The notes under the pieces were generated by a model. It was given only the letters and a program-made list of their open reading frames with translations. It was not told the DNA's origin and searched no databases. A stretch of DNA of 64,000 nt from Lytechinus pictus (lineage: Eukaryota): the NCBI RefSeq assembly GCF_037042905.1, contig NC_087245.1, positions 14,944,001 through 15,008,000 on the forward strand, read 5' to 3'. A program made the position numbers and the translations under genes. Of this stretch, positions 23,318-37,053 are shown one piece after another; positions within the stretch are counted from its first letter, which is position 1; the number at the start of each line of letters is the position of its first letter.

Positions 23318-26300
23318 TACCCTCATCTGTCCCGTCTTGTCGACTCCATCCTTCAACGCCCATACGCCAACGATAGCGTAACATGGGAAGTAATTGAGGT
23401 GAAGATATATTATGTTACGTGTGATTATTTCATAATTTGAATATTTTTCTAGTTTTTCCCCTTGCTCTAGCAGTCTTTCTCTGTATATTTGATGAACTAA
23501 AGAACCTCTCCCCTCACACGTGTATACCGTAAACATGAGTGTCACTATACGATAGCTGCCGTCTTCATTACCTTTCAAAAGGACACATGTAACCGGAAAG
23601 CATTATGAACCTATATCCAAGGACATGGACAGATGGATATCACGTAAATGCTTCTATTTTTTTTTGACAATTTTGATATTTTGTTATGTTATTCTCTCTT
23701 CTCTCAATAGGCCTAAATCAAATTAAGGTTTTGAAGGTTTCAAGACCTAGAGCATTCTCGAGTAGTTTCGTAAGACAGAGTTACTTTTTCAGATTCTACT
23801 ATTGGCCTACATGTATGGTAAACCAGGTTCTACAGAACAATCTCGGGAAAATGTATGATTTTGCGTATTGTTAGCATGGGTAAATGTGATCTTAAGTATT
23901 GTAGGCATTAGTAGAAATCTCTTAATTTTTGTTGATTCACTATGCTTGCCATTGCCTTTCTCTGTCGGTCAAAACGATAAATAGTAACATTCATTTTTTC
24001 TTTAACTGATTTTCATCACACCTTCACTAATAATTTTATGTTTGAATAATTTTTCTACTTTTATTGCAACAATCTTATTGTCAGAGTTAACTTCCCATTT
24101 AAGATGTCAACTCAAGTTACATCATTAGTAACAATTGACGATGCTACAGCTATATGGGGGTGCAGGTGGAACGGGTGCACCTTACCCTTCTTATCCCCCC
24201 ACCCCAATATCAAAATGGGAACATAAATTAAGTGGAGTAATGAGCGAAAAATTCAAGCAATACAACATGGTGTATGGGGAGGAAAATTTATGAAAAGTCA
24301 TGAGCAATTTTTTTTCTTTTTAGAGTAAAAATGAAATTTTGTGATTGATTCTGACCTAATGATCAAAATCACCACTTTCTTTTGCTTTTCTTTTTTGGTC
24401 GTGCAACTCGTTTTGGGTGGTGAGTGTCTCCAAGCTCCGATCTATTTGCCAGTGCATATAAGGCGAAAAACACAACAAAAAGTGATCTGGGAGAAAAGTC
24501 GTGTTTGTTTAAATGGTAAATCAATTAATTTTTTTAGTGTTATGCCTCAGCTCTTTAAAAAGTCTCTGGCGCTGACAAAAGAGAACTCATGCAAGAAGCT
24601 TTCAATGATCTCGAGTAGATGTAGCTATACCTATCGGAATGAGCCAATTTCATGTAATGATGATAAAAACCAAAATTGAAATCACCAGTATACTCGAATT
24701 GTGAACATTGTTGACTTATAGAAGTGTGATGAAATTTTGCTCAATGAAAGTAAATCATCTTTTATGTCTTCGAAACGTATTCAAAGAAGCAATAATTTCA
24801 ACAGGCAATAATTTCAACAAGCTGATGAAGTTATTATTCAGAACATCAGATATCCAAGCGTATTTTAAAAGTATTTTGTATCTCATTTTGATTTAAATGC
24901 AATCTGTTATATAAATTTGGGATTTTTCTTTTCATGGAATATCGGGTAGGGTATTTTTCCCCAATCACCAAGCCTTTAAAAAATACAAAGCAGACGTTGG
25001 ATATCATTCCAAATGATATTTTTCTGATGGATTATGCTGAAGAGGGAAGAAAGATAGAGAGAGAGAGAGAGAGGGGGGGGGATAGAATCAAATAAATATT
25101 TATATTAAAATACTCTCTAAAAATATTGGGTAAAATGCTCCATGAGGGTACTTGCGTCCAACCAACATTGGGCATTTCTTTTGGACATTTTTATTCATCC
25201 AGTGGGATGAAAACTTTGCCAATTCTAAAGTGCTTGCTGCTTATTTTTTTAACCCTAATCATACTAATACTGGTCAATATGCTTCCCGCATTGGGTAATA
25301 CAAGTTGGTTGGAAATAAAACTACCATCGGGCTGGTTAAAATTTTACCCAATATTTTTTTAACAGTGTATCGGGGGGGGGGTGTTTAACAATGAGTTAGG
25401 TGTATTTTACAGTTGTATAAAAGTGACAAAGCGCATGGTATATTTTATGCAAACTTGATCTTGGAATTTAGGGGCCGTTTTAAGTTCGAACACTATGTGT
25501 ATCACCGCGGGTTAAGTAAAATTAAATCGCACATAAATTAGTAGTTACGTATACATAGTACGATATACGCTTCATCGTGCTCATGATCTGGGTGCCGTTT
25601 CATAAAACTGAGCGTAAGTTAAGAGCGACTATAAGAACGACAGGTGATACTTTCTTGTGGTAAATTATATGTTTATTGGTGATAACTGAGCGCGTAAGAA
25701 ATGTTCACCAGTCGTTCTTAAAGTCGCTCTTAACTTACGAACAGCTTACACCCACCTGGAGAGCGTTCCAACATTTTGGTCCGTCAAGTTGTCAGATCTG
25801 TCGGATAAAACGTCCTTAACTCTTGCTCTTTTTGAAACACTCCCTGATCATTAAAAAAAAATGTTAATGAAGTCGGAGGGATATTTCGTTCTTTTTGTTG
25901 ATATTGTTGGTTTTTTTTACATTTGTGTATACTTTAATTGCAACACACACTTCAATTTCCAAACCTTGAGCGCACTCATGGATATTTGAAGGCTGCAAAC
26001 TATTATGACTCTGCGATGTAGTCCTACCCAATCATGACCAAATAACCAGAGAAGAAGACTTTTGAGGTTGGTTGATTAATATCAATCTTTCTCGTGCTGT
26101 CTTCCAAAGAAACCTTAAGTAATTTTGCTCTTTTTTCTGAATCATATCAACAAATGCATCAATCCCAATCCAACTGTATGTCCATTTCAAGTTGAGCGCG
26201 CTTAACCAGTATACAGAAAGTGCATTTTGTTTTCTCGGCCCTGACCTTGACAAGCGAATGAATGACCGCTTGAGGACATCGTCTCATGTATTTTCATGAA

Positions 26301-26694
26301 ACACCACACTCCGAAAACAATCCAGAAAAATGATATGATATACATCCTACGGGCTAAATGACTTTGAAAGTTTTCTGAAAAGATGATATTTTCTTTCACA
26401 TGTTTATGCTGTCCCAATAACATCATTGGACGCCTTCGGCAGTACCATGCAATGCAACGGATTGATTTTCACTTCCAATGTCATCAGTGCGCAGAGAACA
26501 ACGTGGAAGGGTCGAACAAGCAAGAAATTAAAGATGAATGATGCAAGGCTGCAACACATTCTAGTTTGTTATATAAAACCTGCCAAGCGTGTAGATATCT
26601 CCAAACAACTTCCAAGCTAAATGAACTCGAAAGTTTTCTTGAAAGATGAGTTTCTCTTCAGACATGCTCTCGCAAATAATCATGCCGCATATAA

Positions 26695-26857
26695 CAGGAG
26701 CCGCGGAACGGTTTTCAAAGTGGGGGGCTGAGCCAAAAGTGGGGGGGGGGGGGCTGACCATGCAAAAAATCACAATCATAACTATGGTAATTTTTACGTT
26801 TTTGTACATGGTTTTGGAAAAAAGTGGGGGCTGAAGCCCCCCCCCCCGCGGCCCCTG
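26695..26857 (+). mobile_element. ~165-bp MITE of the CAGGGGCCGCGG family, 5-bp TSD
   Basis: TATAA|CAGGAGCCGCGG...CCGCGGCCCCTG|TATAA. Confidence 0.8.
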
Positions 26858-29553
26858 TATAACAATCTCACAATGGTCACACCCCCCTTCCCAAAACACA
26901 AGTAGCGTACGCAGGGGGATGGTTACAGGAGTTGGGTTCAACCCCTTTAATTTTTTTTGATATCCCAACCCCCCCCCCCTAAAATTTTGTGAAGACCTTT
27001 TTATTTAATTTTTTTTCTTCATTTTTTGCTTGTCAAATTTTGTTTGAGGTACAAAACGACGTAAAATTGATGATGAAGAACTTTTTTTGGGGGGAGGGGG
27101 GTTGTCAACATTTCATTCAGCTTGAACACCCCCCTTTCAAAATGACTGCGTAAGCTAACATGCGGATTATAATCCAGATCAGCATATGATCTCAGGTGTC
27201 TTCAGTATCTGTTGATTATTTCCAAGGGGCCCCGGGAAAGAACAGATTGGATATAGCCAATCTAAAACGGGTTATCCTGACGATATGTGTTCGAGCTCTA
27301 TATTTTGTATTCTTTTCATGGCTTTGTTTAGATATTGTTACAAGTAATCACTTGATCATGCAATGTATTTTGCTTATTCGAGAATAAAGCCAAACCAAAC
27401 CAAACTAAATTTCAGTGGATTAATCTTGGTTTCAGGAAGACATAGAAATATGTACAAATCTAATCATTTTTTTCTCTCTTTGATTTATTCACAAACAATA
27501 AATAAGAAACAATTTTTATCGAATTCATAGTATAAACCAATTAGATTCGTGATTATTATGCTATACCGATCCAGTAAGCGGTAAGTAGGGTAAAGCTGTA
27601 TAACAGAAACATGATATAGAAATGAATCTAAACAGAATATTTGACATTCATTTTTTTTTCTTTATCTAAGACGTGCTCCAATCATCCGCGTGCTCAAAAG
27701 AAAGAAAAATTCAAAATTGTATAAACACGATAAAAACGATTAACAGTGTACATAATAAGTAATACAATTATGCCTATCTACGTATGAAAATGAAGTTTTC
27801 AATAATAAAAAAATAATATTATAATAACATTCAAGGGTTTAACGATAGAATTTCAACTTTTTTGGACTAGATAATACATTCTTTACACCACAATAACGCC
27901 AGTTGTTCACAATGTTTATCCTTAGTTTATGCGAGTAGAAATGGCGTATTTTACTCTACCGGACACCTTTATACCATCTTTCCCCTGAATATACATTTTT
28001 CATATCATTCAACCCTTTAAGATTCTTTATTATGTTTCTTTAAACTTAACTCTGTAACACAGTATAATCATAATAACCAAAACTCTATTATCTTTATGGA
28101 TATTGGTGATACGTGGAAGTATTCTTTGAACATGGTTGTGAGATTTTAAATTATTCACATGTGGTGGTTTCAGGCTTCTCTCACGCGGGATGCCTACGTC
28201 CCACTGCACCAGGTGAATGTACTATGAAGTATTCCTCAGTTCAGTGCGCGCGAAGGATAAAGAGGTGATGTTTCGAAGGGAATGTAGTCTGCTGTGCGAA
28301 CCCTTCACCATGCTCGAGTTAAGGGTCTGAGTTGCAGCCTACCCATGCCTTGTGTACTGAAGGCCCACTCGCTCAGGCAAGTTTTGTATGTGCTAGTCTT
28401 TACGTTGAGACACACTCGTTGATCAAAGTTTCATTCAGGGTCTGTGCCTGCAGACTAGAGGGAATGTGCATGGGGAGGGGCTGGAGGTTTATAAGACTGT
28501 TCGTAGTGAGATGCATCCTTTCATCATCAACCGCATTGAATGGTATATTTAAAGAATAGTTTCTGGATTATTCTAAACACAATACTTGCTGTTGACTCAC
28601 AAATTTTCTTTTTATGAAAATTAAGTATCATTCCTTTCAAGGTTTACATGAAATAACGAAATATCCTTAACACGTCCAGGCATCCACGGTTACAGTATGG
28701 TATTTGATTTCAGGGATCCGCTGTGTAAACTTGTTTAACCCTCAATTAAATAGGTAACCCATCATGTTTAGATAAAAATATCATTAACCGCTAAAAGCAA
28801 GGAACGGGGGAAAGGAGAGTGAGGAAGAGAGAGCTGATTAAGAGAGAGGGAGGGGGAACGAGGGCTAGGATGGGGAAGAGAGTTAGATTTTCGTCCCAGT
28901 ACTCTATTGAAGAAATTCACAGCACGGAGCAGATGAATGGAGCTTCAACATCGAGTAGACATCACGTCACTAAACATATCAATCAACCCGCACCCCCAGC
29001 ATCAAAAGCTATCATGCACTTTTGTAAGTGCTGTTCCCTCGCATGTATAGCAACATCTAATGCCTCTTTGGGTATTCACTATCATGACTTTTACAAACCA
29101 GCGTGTCTTACAAAAGTAAACGTACACAAACTATGAAGTGTTGACAGTGCTTAAGACCATAATTGCATGGAATATAATAACATCACTATTTACTTGACAA
29201 GTTTTTACCTTTGGGTAAACTCAACCCCAGTAAAGATTCATCACCAACAGAGAAAACGATATCTCATTTATCATCATTCGTTAGAACAACCGATCATTAA
29301 AATAATGTTGTTGACAAGACAAGAAAAGACGTGACTGGCAAGATCCTTAATCTGATCAAACAGAATTGGTAAACAACTGACTGTTTAGTTTTAAGTGCTT
29401 TGGTGCTGTATTAGCGTTTTCAAGCTCATTCTGTCCACTTCATAGGACACTGACTTTAGCATTTATCATTAGACTAATTATTGTCTTATTTGAAGTTCAG
29501 TGGTCTGAACGAGAGTGCAATATAAAGGAACAGGGAAATTAGAAATAGCAGAG

Positions 29554-30798
29554 TCAACGAAATTGCGACTGCCATGTATAAACAAACAGGTATGTCTCTG
29601 TGCAGATAGCGATCGATCCAGGACATGGGACAGCTACAGAAAGCCACTGGAACTTGGGAATCTTCAGATTTCTTGTCAAACTTTCAAAGAACTTCCCTTC
29701 TGACGAGTACACATCTATTGAGACGCACTTCTCTACCCCCTTCCTGGAAAATACGACGTAGATATTGTCATTCTGGTCGACTGCACACCATGCACTCGAC
29801 CAGTCTTCCTGGTGTATTGCAGAGAGGATGGATCCGTTTTGGTGCACGAGTTTAATAGCAGGTCCGTAAGGAGGACAAGGATCAGCAACCAAAAGATTGC
29901 CTGTTGATAGAACGAAGAGCTGCCAAGGGGTGGTAGCACCGGTTGGGATGGTTCGAAATGCTTTTTTAGCATCACCCTTGAGATCAAACAGAAATATCTT
30001 CTCCAGCTCGCAATCGCCTACAAAGAGCATGTCGTCCTTGTCCGCGGTCACAGAGAACATGAAGCAAGTCTCCTGCGGACTGTGTATCTGTAAGGCTTCC
30101 CCTTTCCTGCTGTAGACATGGATTTGACGGTCAAAGCTTAGCAAAACCAGAGTCCCATCAGGACGGACTGTCATGTCTCGCACAGTCACGTCATTGACCA
30201 ACCGTTTAATTCCAAAATCGCGTCGAAAGATATCAGCGCCTCCGGATTCATGTCCAATGACCACACTGCCATCAGGTAGTGAGGTCAGACTTCGCTTCGC
30301 GTGGCCAGGGCATTCTGGTAACTTGATAGATGCTATAAGTCGAAGTATCTTAGGCTGTACTATATGTCCTATAGACAATTTCGAGTTCGCGTTCTCGCGA
30401 TTGAATTGGATATCGTTTAAGAGATCTAACACTGCTGTGATATGTTCCTCGATGTAGGCAACCGGATCATCCATATCAACCGATGCATAGCGTCCGATGA
30501 CGGAGAAGCAGCCGACATTGTTCTCGCGCGATTGGTCATCTCTCTTGGAGGCATATCCCATCCCGACCTCTCTAAGCTTGTAGTCGAATTCCTCAATCAT
30601 CCTCTGAACCTGTAGAAGAAGGGTTCGCCTGCACTGTTCTATCTGCTGCATGTCCTGATCAGCTGCTTCTAGAATCTCTTGTCTAAGGGACTCCATTCTT
30701 TCTTTGATGATGGATCCATACTTTTCCAACATGTCCATCCCATCTCCTGGGGTTCCCTTAAGCAATGAGTGGGTGTCCAAGTTACCACCCTGAGCCAT
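29554..30798 (-). CDS. 414-aa coiled-coil plus NHL-like beta-propeller protein (TRIM-NHL-like, no RING/B-box), single coding exon
   Basis: Longest ORF in the window. Helical E/Q/R/L-rich N-terminus, then repeated propeller-blade motifs (LPDGSVVI, VRPDGTLVL, ADKDDMLFVGD, LSTGNLLVAD, AVDQNDNIYV). Good start context AGGATGG; splice acceptor at 30822-30820. Confidence 0.85.
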   Translation of the reverse strand: MAQGGNLDTHSLLKGTPGDGMDMLEKYGSIIKERMESLRQEILEAADQDMQQIEQCRRTLLLQVQRMIEEFDYKLREVGMGYASKRDDQSRENNVGCFSVIGRYASVDMDDPVAYIEEHITAVLDLLNDIQFNRENANSKLSIGHIVQPKILRLIASIKLPECPGHAKRSLTSLPDGSVVIGHESGGADIFRRDFGIKRLVNDVTVRDMTVRPDGTLVLLSFDRQIHVYSRKGEALQIHSPQETCFMFSVTADKDDMLFVGDCELEKIFLFDLKGDAKKAFRTIPTGATTPWQLFVLSTGNLLVADPCPPYGPAIKLVHQNGSILSAIHQEDWSSAWCAVDQNDNIYVVFSRKGVEKCVSIDVYSSEGKFFESLTRNLKIPKFQWLSVAVPCPGSIAICTETYLFVYTWQSQFR

Positions 30799-31866
30799 CC
30801 TGGATTTTTATCAAGGCACCTGAAAAATAAACAAATGGGATAATATATTTAATTTAATCTTACACAACAATAATGTCGGTCAACAACAATTTCCACCCAC
30901 ACATATCTGCATCTGCATGTTTTTTAATACCAAAATAATTATGTTTAAAGTTTAGACCAACTGCTTGTCTAAACTAAAGAAAAATAAAATTTTCCCAAAC
31001 ATTTACTTACTATTCGACCCACTAATGTATATATAACATGACTTGTTTAAAAACGATATTTAACAAAAATCAACCATTTACCAGTGAAACTTAGCTTACT
31101 TAAACTTAATCAGAAGACTTTCTTGAACTGTGTAACTCCTCTGATTGATATAGAAAAAAAAATCGAGCTTAAAGTGGAAGCTTCACCGATCTCATTATTT
31201 CCGCTGAGTTTTTCAGTCAGACAACAAGACTTGTGTTATATACAACAATCACTGTATGCATTTATCATTTTTCACACCCGTCAAAGCATTTGGCGCTTTC
31301 CATTTGTCGTAGCAGCAATGCATCTTAATCAAGAGTATGGAAGTTATATTCCCCAAGAAGGGAGTAAACATTAAATTATTTCCCTGGGTGAATGAAAAAT
31401 AAGACTACTGGCAAGAAAATTTGACAACCATTAGCTAATTTTACAGGAAAGCGTCCTTGCAGACAGTGATCACTTTCAAGAGACAAAACAAACAACCGAA
31501 CATGCTAAAGGGAAAAAGTCTTCAATTTCAACATCGAGGCTCACAAGTAGTACGTCAGAAATGTGTCGTTTTTACAATCCACTGAATGACGGTCATGATA
31601 GTAATGATTCTTTTCTTTTATTTTCTTATTTGATTTTACATGTCACCATACGTCGTTCTATCCCTCTATTCTTGCTAAATTATGGAACGTTTGAACCCCA
31701 AGGCTTTGTTCAATGTGTGAAGATTGCAAAATATCTCTCGAGGAAGGTGTCGCAGCGCGAAAGTAATATCCATATCATTTCTGAAATTATAGGGCATGTT
31801 TTGAGAAAGTCATATCGTCATTTTGAATGCTGGATCATAATGCTTACCAAGAATATGCCTCTTATA

Positions 31867-32685
31867 CAGTGCGTCCCACAAAAAACGAAACCGAGATTTA
31901 TCGATGATTTATCATAACTTAATCGCAAATACAATAGACAAATGACCTACCATTTTAAAGCTTAGAATCTCCTCTTTCATCTGAAATTACTTAGATTATT
32001 TCTCATTCATGCATGAGTGAGCAAAAACAATTTGAAAAGGGGATACCAAAAAGTCACTTGGCGGGCCGGATCTGGGTTTTAAAAAGAAAACCACATTTTT
32101 AAAATGTTCAATATCTGCTCTTTAATTTGATACCTCAATTACAGAAAATGGTCAAGAAATAACAAAGTTCTGGTTATTTGAAATAAGGCTTGAATTTCAA
32201 TAATTTTATAAAATGAAGAGGTTTAACAGGCTAGCGTTCAAACTCACTCGACACTCCGTTTTGTTGACGATCAGCCATGCATTAAGTCTTTTGTTACCGT
32301 GCGATAGCTTCTGTGGGAAACCAGTGAAAACACGTTTATTTAATGAAATTATGGAAATACAAGCATTGCTTCGAGGGATCATAACTTTTTTACTACTTGA
32401 CCATTTGCTGTGATTTAGGTATCAAAGAAAAGAGAAGATGTTGAACTTTTTAGTCATGTGATTTTCTGTTTGAAATTCAGATACCCCCCGCCAAATGAGT
32501 TTTTGGCATCCTTTCTTTGAATTGTTTTTGCTCAATCATGCGTGAATGAGGAATAATCTAAGTAATACCAGATGAAAGTGGAGATTCCAAGCTTTACATT
32601 GGTAGGTCATTTGTCTATTTTATTTATGATTAAGTTATGATAAATCATCGCTAAATCTCGGTTTCGTTTTTTCTGGGACGCACTG
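31867..32685. mobile_element. Tc1/mariner-type MITE, 819 bp, long inverted arms
   Basis: TA|CAGTGCGTCCCA.AAAAAACGAAACCGAGATTTA ... TAAATCTCGGTTTCGTTTTTTCTGGGACGCACTG|TA; imperfect inverted symmetry extends about 300 bp. Confidence 0.88.
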
Positions 32686-34077
32686 TATATAGAATGAATG
32701 TATCATCTTGAACATTTAAAAGATGATAAATGTACGCTTATACTGTCAGGGTTTTTTAAATCAAAATACCCTACAAAAAATTATTATAAAAATATAGAGG
32801 TACAGATTTTTTTTAAAGGCTTAAACCATTATGCAGTCACTCCCTAAACTGGCAACAATGTTTATCTTTTTTACCCATTTACATAATTTTACGAAATATC
32901 ACGTAAGTAAATGATTGCAAGATTGCACACAAAAAATGCCCGTTCGCATTTTAAGTTTTGTAATTTAATTGTTCGGTTTAAAATGTTGCTAATATAAATT
33001 AGTGTTTAGCTCAAGTGATTACTTTATATTGTGATGAAGAGGGTTATTTTTTTTCAGTACATCTATTTCTAGTTATATTGCGCGCATTCAGTATAAACAT
33101 ACTCTGCCAAAGGGTTGTCAAGAAAACACTGTACCTGTAAGCATCTGTTAGCTCATTGGTTTTTATTTTGGATCATCTCCTTATCAATCCTATCGTAGAT
33201 TGTGTCGCCTTCTTAAAAGGAAATGTAGGATTGGCTTTCAATCTTAAAATAACCTCCCAGAATACAATGAACTTTCTAAGTAATAACCAATTATCTTGAA
33301 ATCGGTTGTTTTTGCTATCATTCTGTTAGTAACTTGTTGCAATAAGGGTCAAATCCAAAACTTAATTGAATATCTTACTTTTTCAATACAATTCTGTATT
33401 TTCTCTACACTACACTCTTTAAAAAAGATATTGCCTGTTTTAAAAAATAGCATCTCTTCGACAGAGGCGGCGTCAGATTTGTGGGAGAGTAAACGAAAGG
33501 GTGACGCCATTAGTTAGAGCCACAGTCTCGCCACACTGTGACCTCACAACAGAAATTAGGTATACTCAACATCTGAGGGGTCAGTACGTTCAAACAATAT
33601 CACTAGTAATTTTGGCAATTTCTCGTGTTAATCGAGTCAATGCTTCATAAGACAAAACTTTTACGAACACCGATGAACAATCCCAGTTTTAAAACCAATA
33701 TGAATAGATATTTGATAAAAGTTAAAAACCATACCATTACAACAGAGATAAAGCATCCAAGTAAGATTGGGCTTGATGACGAATATTTAATTCATCTGAT
33801 GTGAAAATAGTGCCAAATGCTTCCTTCTTTAAAACTAGAATTTCGAGGAAGCCTTGTGACCTCTTGACCTCACTATCCTCACTACAACAGTCCATTTTGA
33901 TGAACATTTTTCATGAATAATGTAATGTATATATTCTATATAGGGCTTTAACTGATCAACAAGAACAGAAAATATTTTGTTATATCTTATAAAAGTCCAG
34001 CCAATTGCTATCTTCATTAGATATTAACATGACCGAACAACAAACATTGACCAATAAGGAATAGATGTAGTGTGAAC

Positions 34078-34768
34078 CAGGGGCATCAGAACGTATTTTG
34101 CTTTTTTTTGGAGGGGGGGGGGGGGCAAAGCCAAAAAAGGGCACTTAGATTTCAAAATTGGCATTTTGGTACAAACGGATATTTTCACCACGAGATTATC
34201 ATCTTTGTGAAGTAGTTGTGTGTTTTGTAGTATAATTCAGTTGAGAAAAGCCTTTTTGAAGTGATTTCTGATTGATAAGACATATTTTTTAGGCTTTATT
34301 TTTCGGCGAGCGAGCGATTTGGAAAATTTTCAATTCTGAAGTTGTAAAACTCCCCTTTTGGTCAATTGTGGCGCTATTTAATGTTAAAATGGTATCCTTG
34401 CGAGTTGTCGCGAGCTTAAATTTTTAATATACTGACCAGAAATGAAAACTTAAGGACTGCATTTGGTGACTCATGAAAAGGATACATAATGGCCGAAAAT
34501 GCGATCGCGAAGCGCGAGCTGAAATTTTTTGATATTCCAACCTGAAATCTGGACATTCTAAGCATTAAGAAAAAACATGAACAGAATGAGTACCTTACTA
34601 AACAATTATTGATGCGAGCGCGAAGCGCAAGCCCCCAAAAATGTGATTTCCCAAGCTAAAAGGTATCATGTTCTACTTCAAATAGTGTATTACATTTTGA
34701 AAAAGGGTATTTTTTCTAACGGGGCCGGGGGGCACTTGTGCCCCCTGCCCTCCGGTTCGCCGCCCCTG
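34078..34768. mobile_element. Degenerate hAT-like non-autonomous element
   Basis: CAGGGGC...GCCCCTG termini, internal GCGAAGCGCGAGC repeats and poly-G/C subtermini; TSD not clearly preserved. Confidence 0.45.
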
Positions 34769-36847
34769 GTGCAAAAATAACACTAGTCGGACTTGTTACC
34801 GATCAAGCCAGGTCAATCACTTTTTGGCATCCTTCAGGGAATTTTAGCCGCATGCAATCTTCATAAGATAGGCCTAGCATTTACAATTCGGAGATTCTAG
34901 TAGTAGCAGCCTCAAGTCATTTAGTATCACAACAAACATTGGTATGGGTGGTGTAAATACTATGTTAATGTGGTCTCTATGTGGTACATATCTCATCCGG
35001 TCATTAGCGTTTGTCACTAAGCATGAAAATCAGGCACAATGCTAGCTTCATTTTTTTAAATTATATTTTGATGTTATCGATTGATGTGATAAAAATGGTA
35101 ATAAAGCTTTTGTATGCCAAAATCAAACATTTCCTATTAGGCGTCTAACCAATCAAGCTTGGCCATATTATTGCGTCATCTTGCATGTCAACATGGTAAT
35201 GGCGCCAAATGCTATCTTCATAAGATCACAATAGAGAATCGTGACCCTACACTCTCTACTTAAAGAAAGGGAAGTAAAGATTCAACAAAGCGTGGGTCTC
35301 ATTAATTTAAGCAACTTCTCTCTTACCCAACCTGACTTTGAGATTTGTCAATAATAAGTTGTCGACAAAATATGTATTTGTTTTATATTGTAAAACACTA
35401 CTTCATTATTGCCCAGTTCTCGAACACTGAGAAAATAAAACTTATTTTTAATGAAGCATTTGTCACGTATGATATATTTCATTATAAATAGAACCTGACA
35501 TATCGGCGTTTTGTTGGAATTATCTCACTAGATCATTGTTTTGATACTTAACAATTTACAATGTGGTACGAAATGGAGTGGATTAAAAAAAACACCCCTG
35601 AATACAAGCTGCACATGATTATTGATTTTACAAAGTGTCAAATATATCACAGAAGCATGAAAGATCATCAGTACTAGACAGGTTGATAATCTCCCCCCCC
35701 CCCCCCGCCTTTACGGGCTTTATACTCCCACCCTCCCGCTATGTTTGCACCTAATAAACTCTCATCATCGACAACGATGGATTCAATGACATAAATTTTC
35801 CTAGAGCTCCCGAGGTCGATCTACATTGAAGAGTCCTTAATTGACCTCAAAACACTTCGTCTATTAACAATCCCCCAGGAAATCATGGAAAAAAAACTAC
35901 CACAAACAGTGGAGCTGAAACGGCGTGAGATACGATGGGGGTACCAACAGTAATGTGTTTTCATCATCAATTTCACCCATTTTATTCAAGCACCTTGCTT
36001 GCAATCTTTCTAACGCTCAAGGCGCAAACGGCATTAGCAGGTCAAAATTCAGTGTACATTTCACTTCACTGTTTGCATTTGCATTCTGAACTGACTAGTC
36101 AGGGGCGACATTTCTCTTCTAGGCTACGCCGTTGTCATTCTTGGTCTTTTCCCCATCACATTAATATCCAGGGCAGACGTGTAAAAGCATCCAGCATCAA
36201 ATAATTTATTTGAAAACCCGCATTATATTTCATTATTATCCGCTCAATCTCTCATCCCACACATCACCCGTCCTCGCTATCACCCAAGGGATTAAAACAG
36301 TCCAGATGTTGTTTTCCCCCATTATTTGATTAGCTGACAACCACTGACAAAAAACATGTAGGCCTACCATAATGCTATCGGGAATAAAAGTGTTCCGTTT
36401 CATCACTAGTGCAAAATATTTCTCCGGGTGGAAGCGCATATAGACTTTTATACCTTTATGAGAATTAATATCATTAATGAATCACAAGTATGAAATGTAT
36501 CTGGGGATTACATCCTTTAACGAAATCTTTTGTCTGGATCAACATTTTAGGATTCTTCATCGTCTGAAATCTCTCAGGTAATACCTGGAGATTTGCGCGC
36601 GCTGACGTCACAATTGATTTAGTGAGGCTCTTCGAAGCTGTTCATAAGCGATTTATTGAATAACATATCATATCATCCTTCATGCCCTTGGTGCATTCGT
36701 CAATGTTTTGAAATAAAGTCAAGAACTGATAAACAAATGCGTCTCTAAAACTTGAATTCTTTCTCATAATGTCTTGATATTGTATTCATTTTGAAAGGCA
36801 TGGTAAAGGCATGTATTTTGAAAACTGTTTTCTCAGCGGGTCCTGCT

Positions 36848-37053
36848 ATTATTATTACCCCGGCTTTAGCTGGGCTGCCGAGGCGCTCAAGCATTCAAAG
36901 AATTCCTACCGGGTACTTATTCACCTCACCTGGGTTGAGTGCAGCACAATGTAGATAAATTTCTTGCCGAAGGAAATTACGCCATGGCTGGGATTCGAAC
37001 CCACGACCCTCTGTTTCAAAGTCAGAAGACTAATCCACTGGGCCACAACGCTC
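36848..37053 (-). mobile_element. tRNA-derived SINE with (AAT)n tail
   Basis: Minus strand reads GAGCGTTGTGGCCCAGTGG...GGTTCGAATCCC (boxes A and B), then a body related to 53818-54182, ending in AATAATAAT. Confidence 0.8.

Noticed and set aside
29515..30457. Short ORFs overlapping the NHL gene
   Set aside because: Antisense or alternative-frame shadows of the 414-aa CDS.
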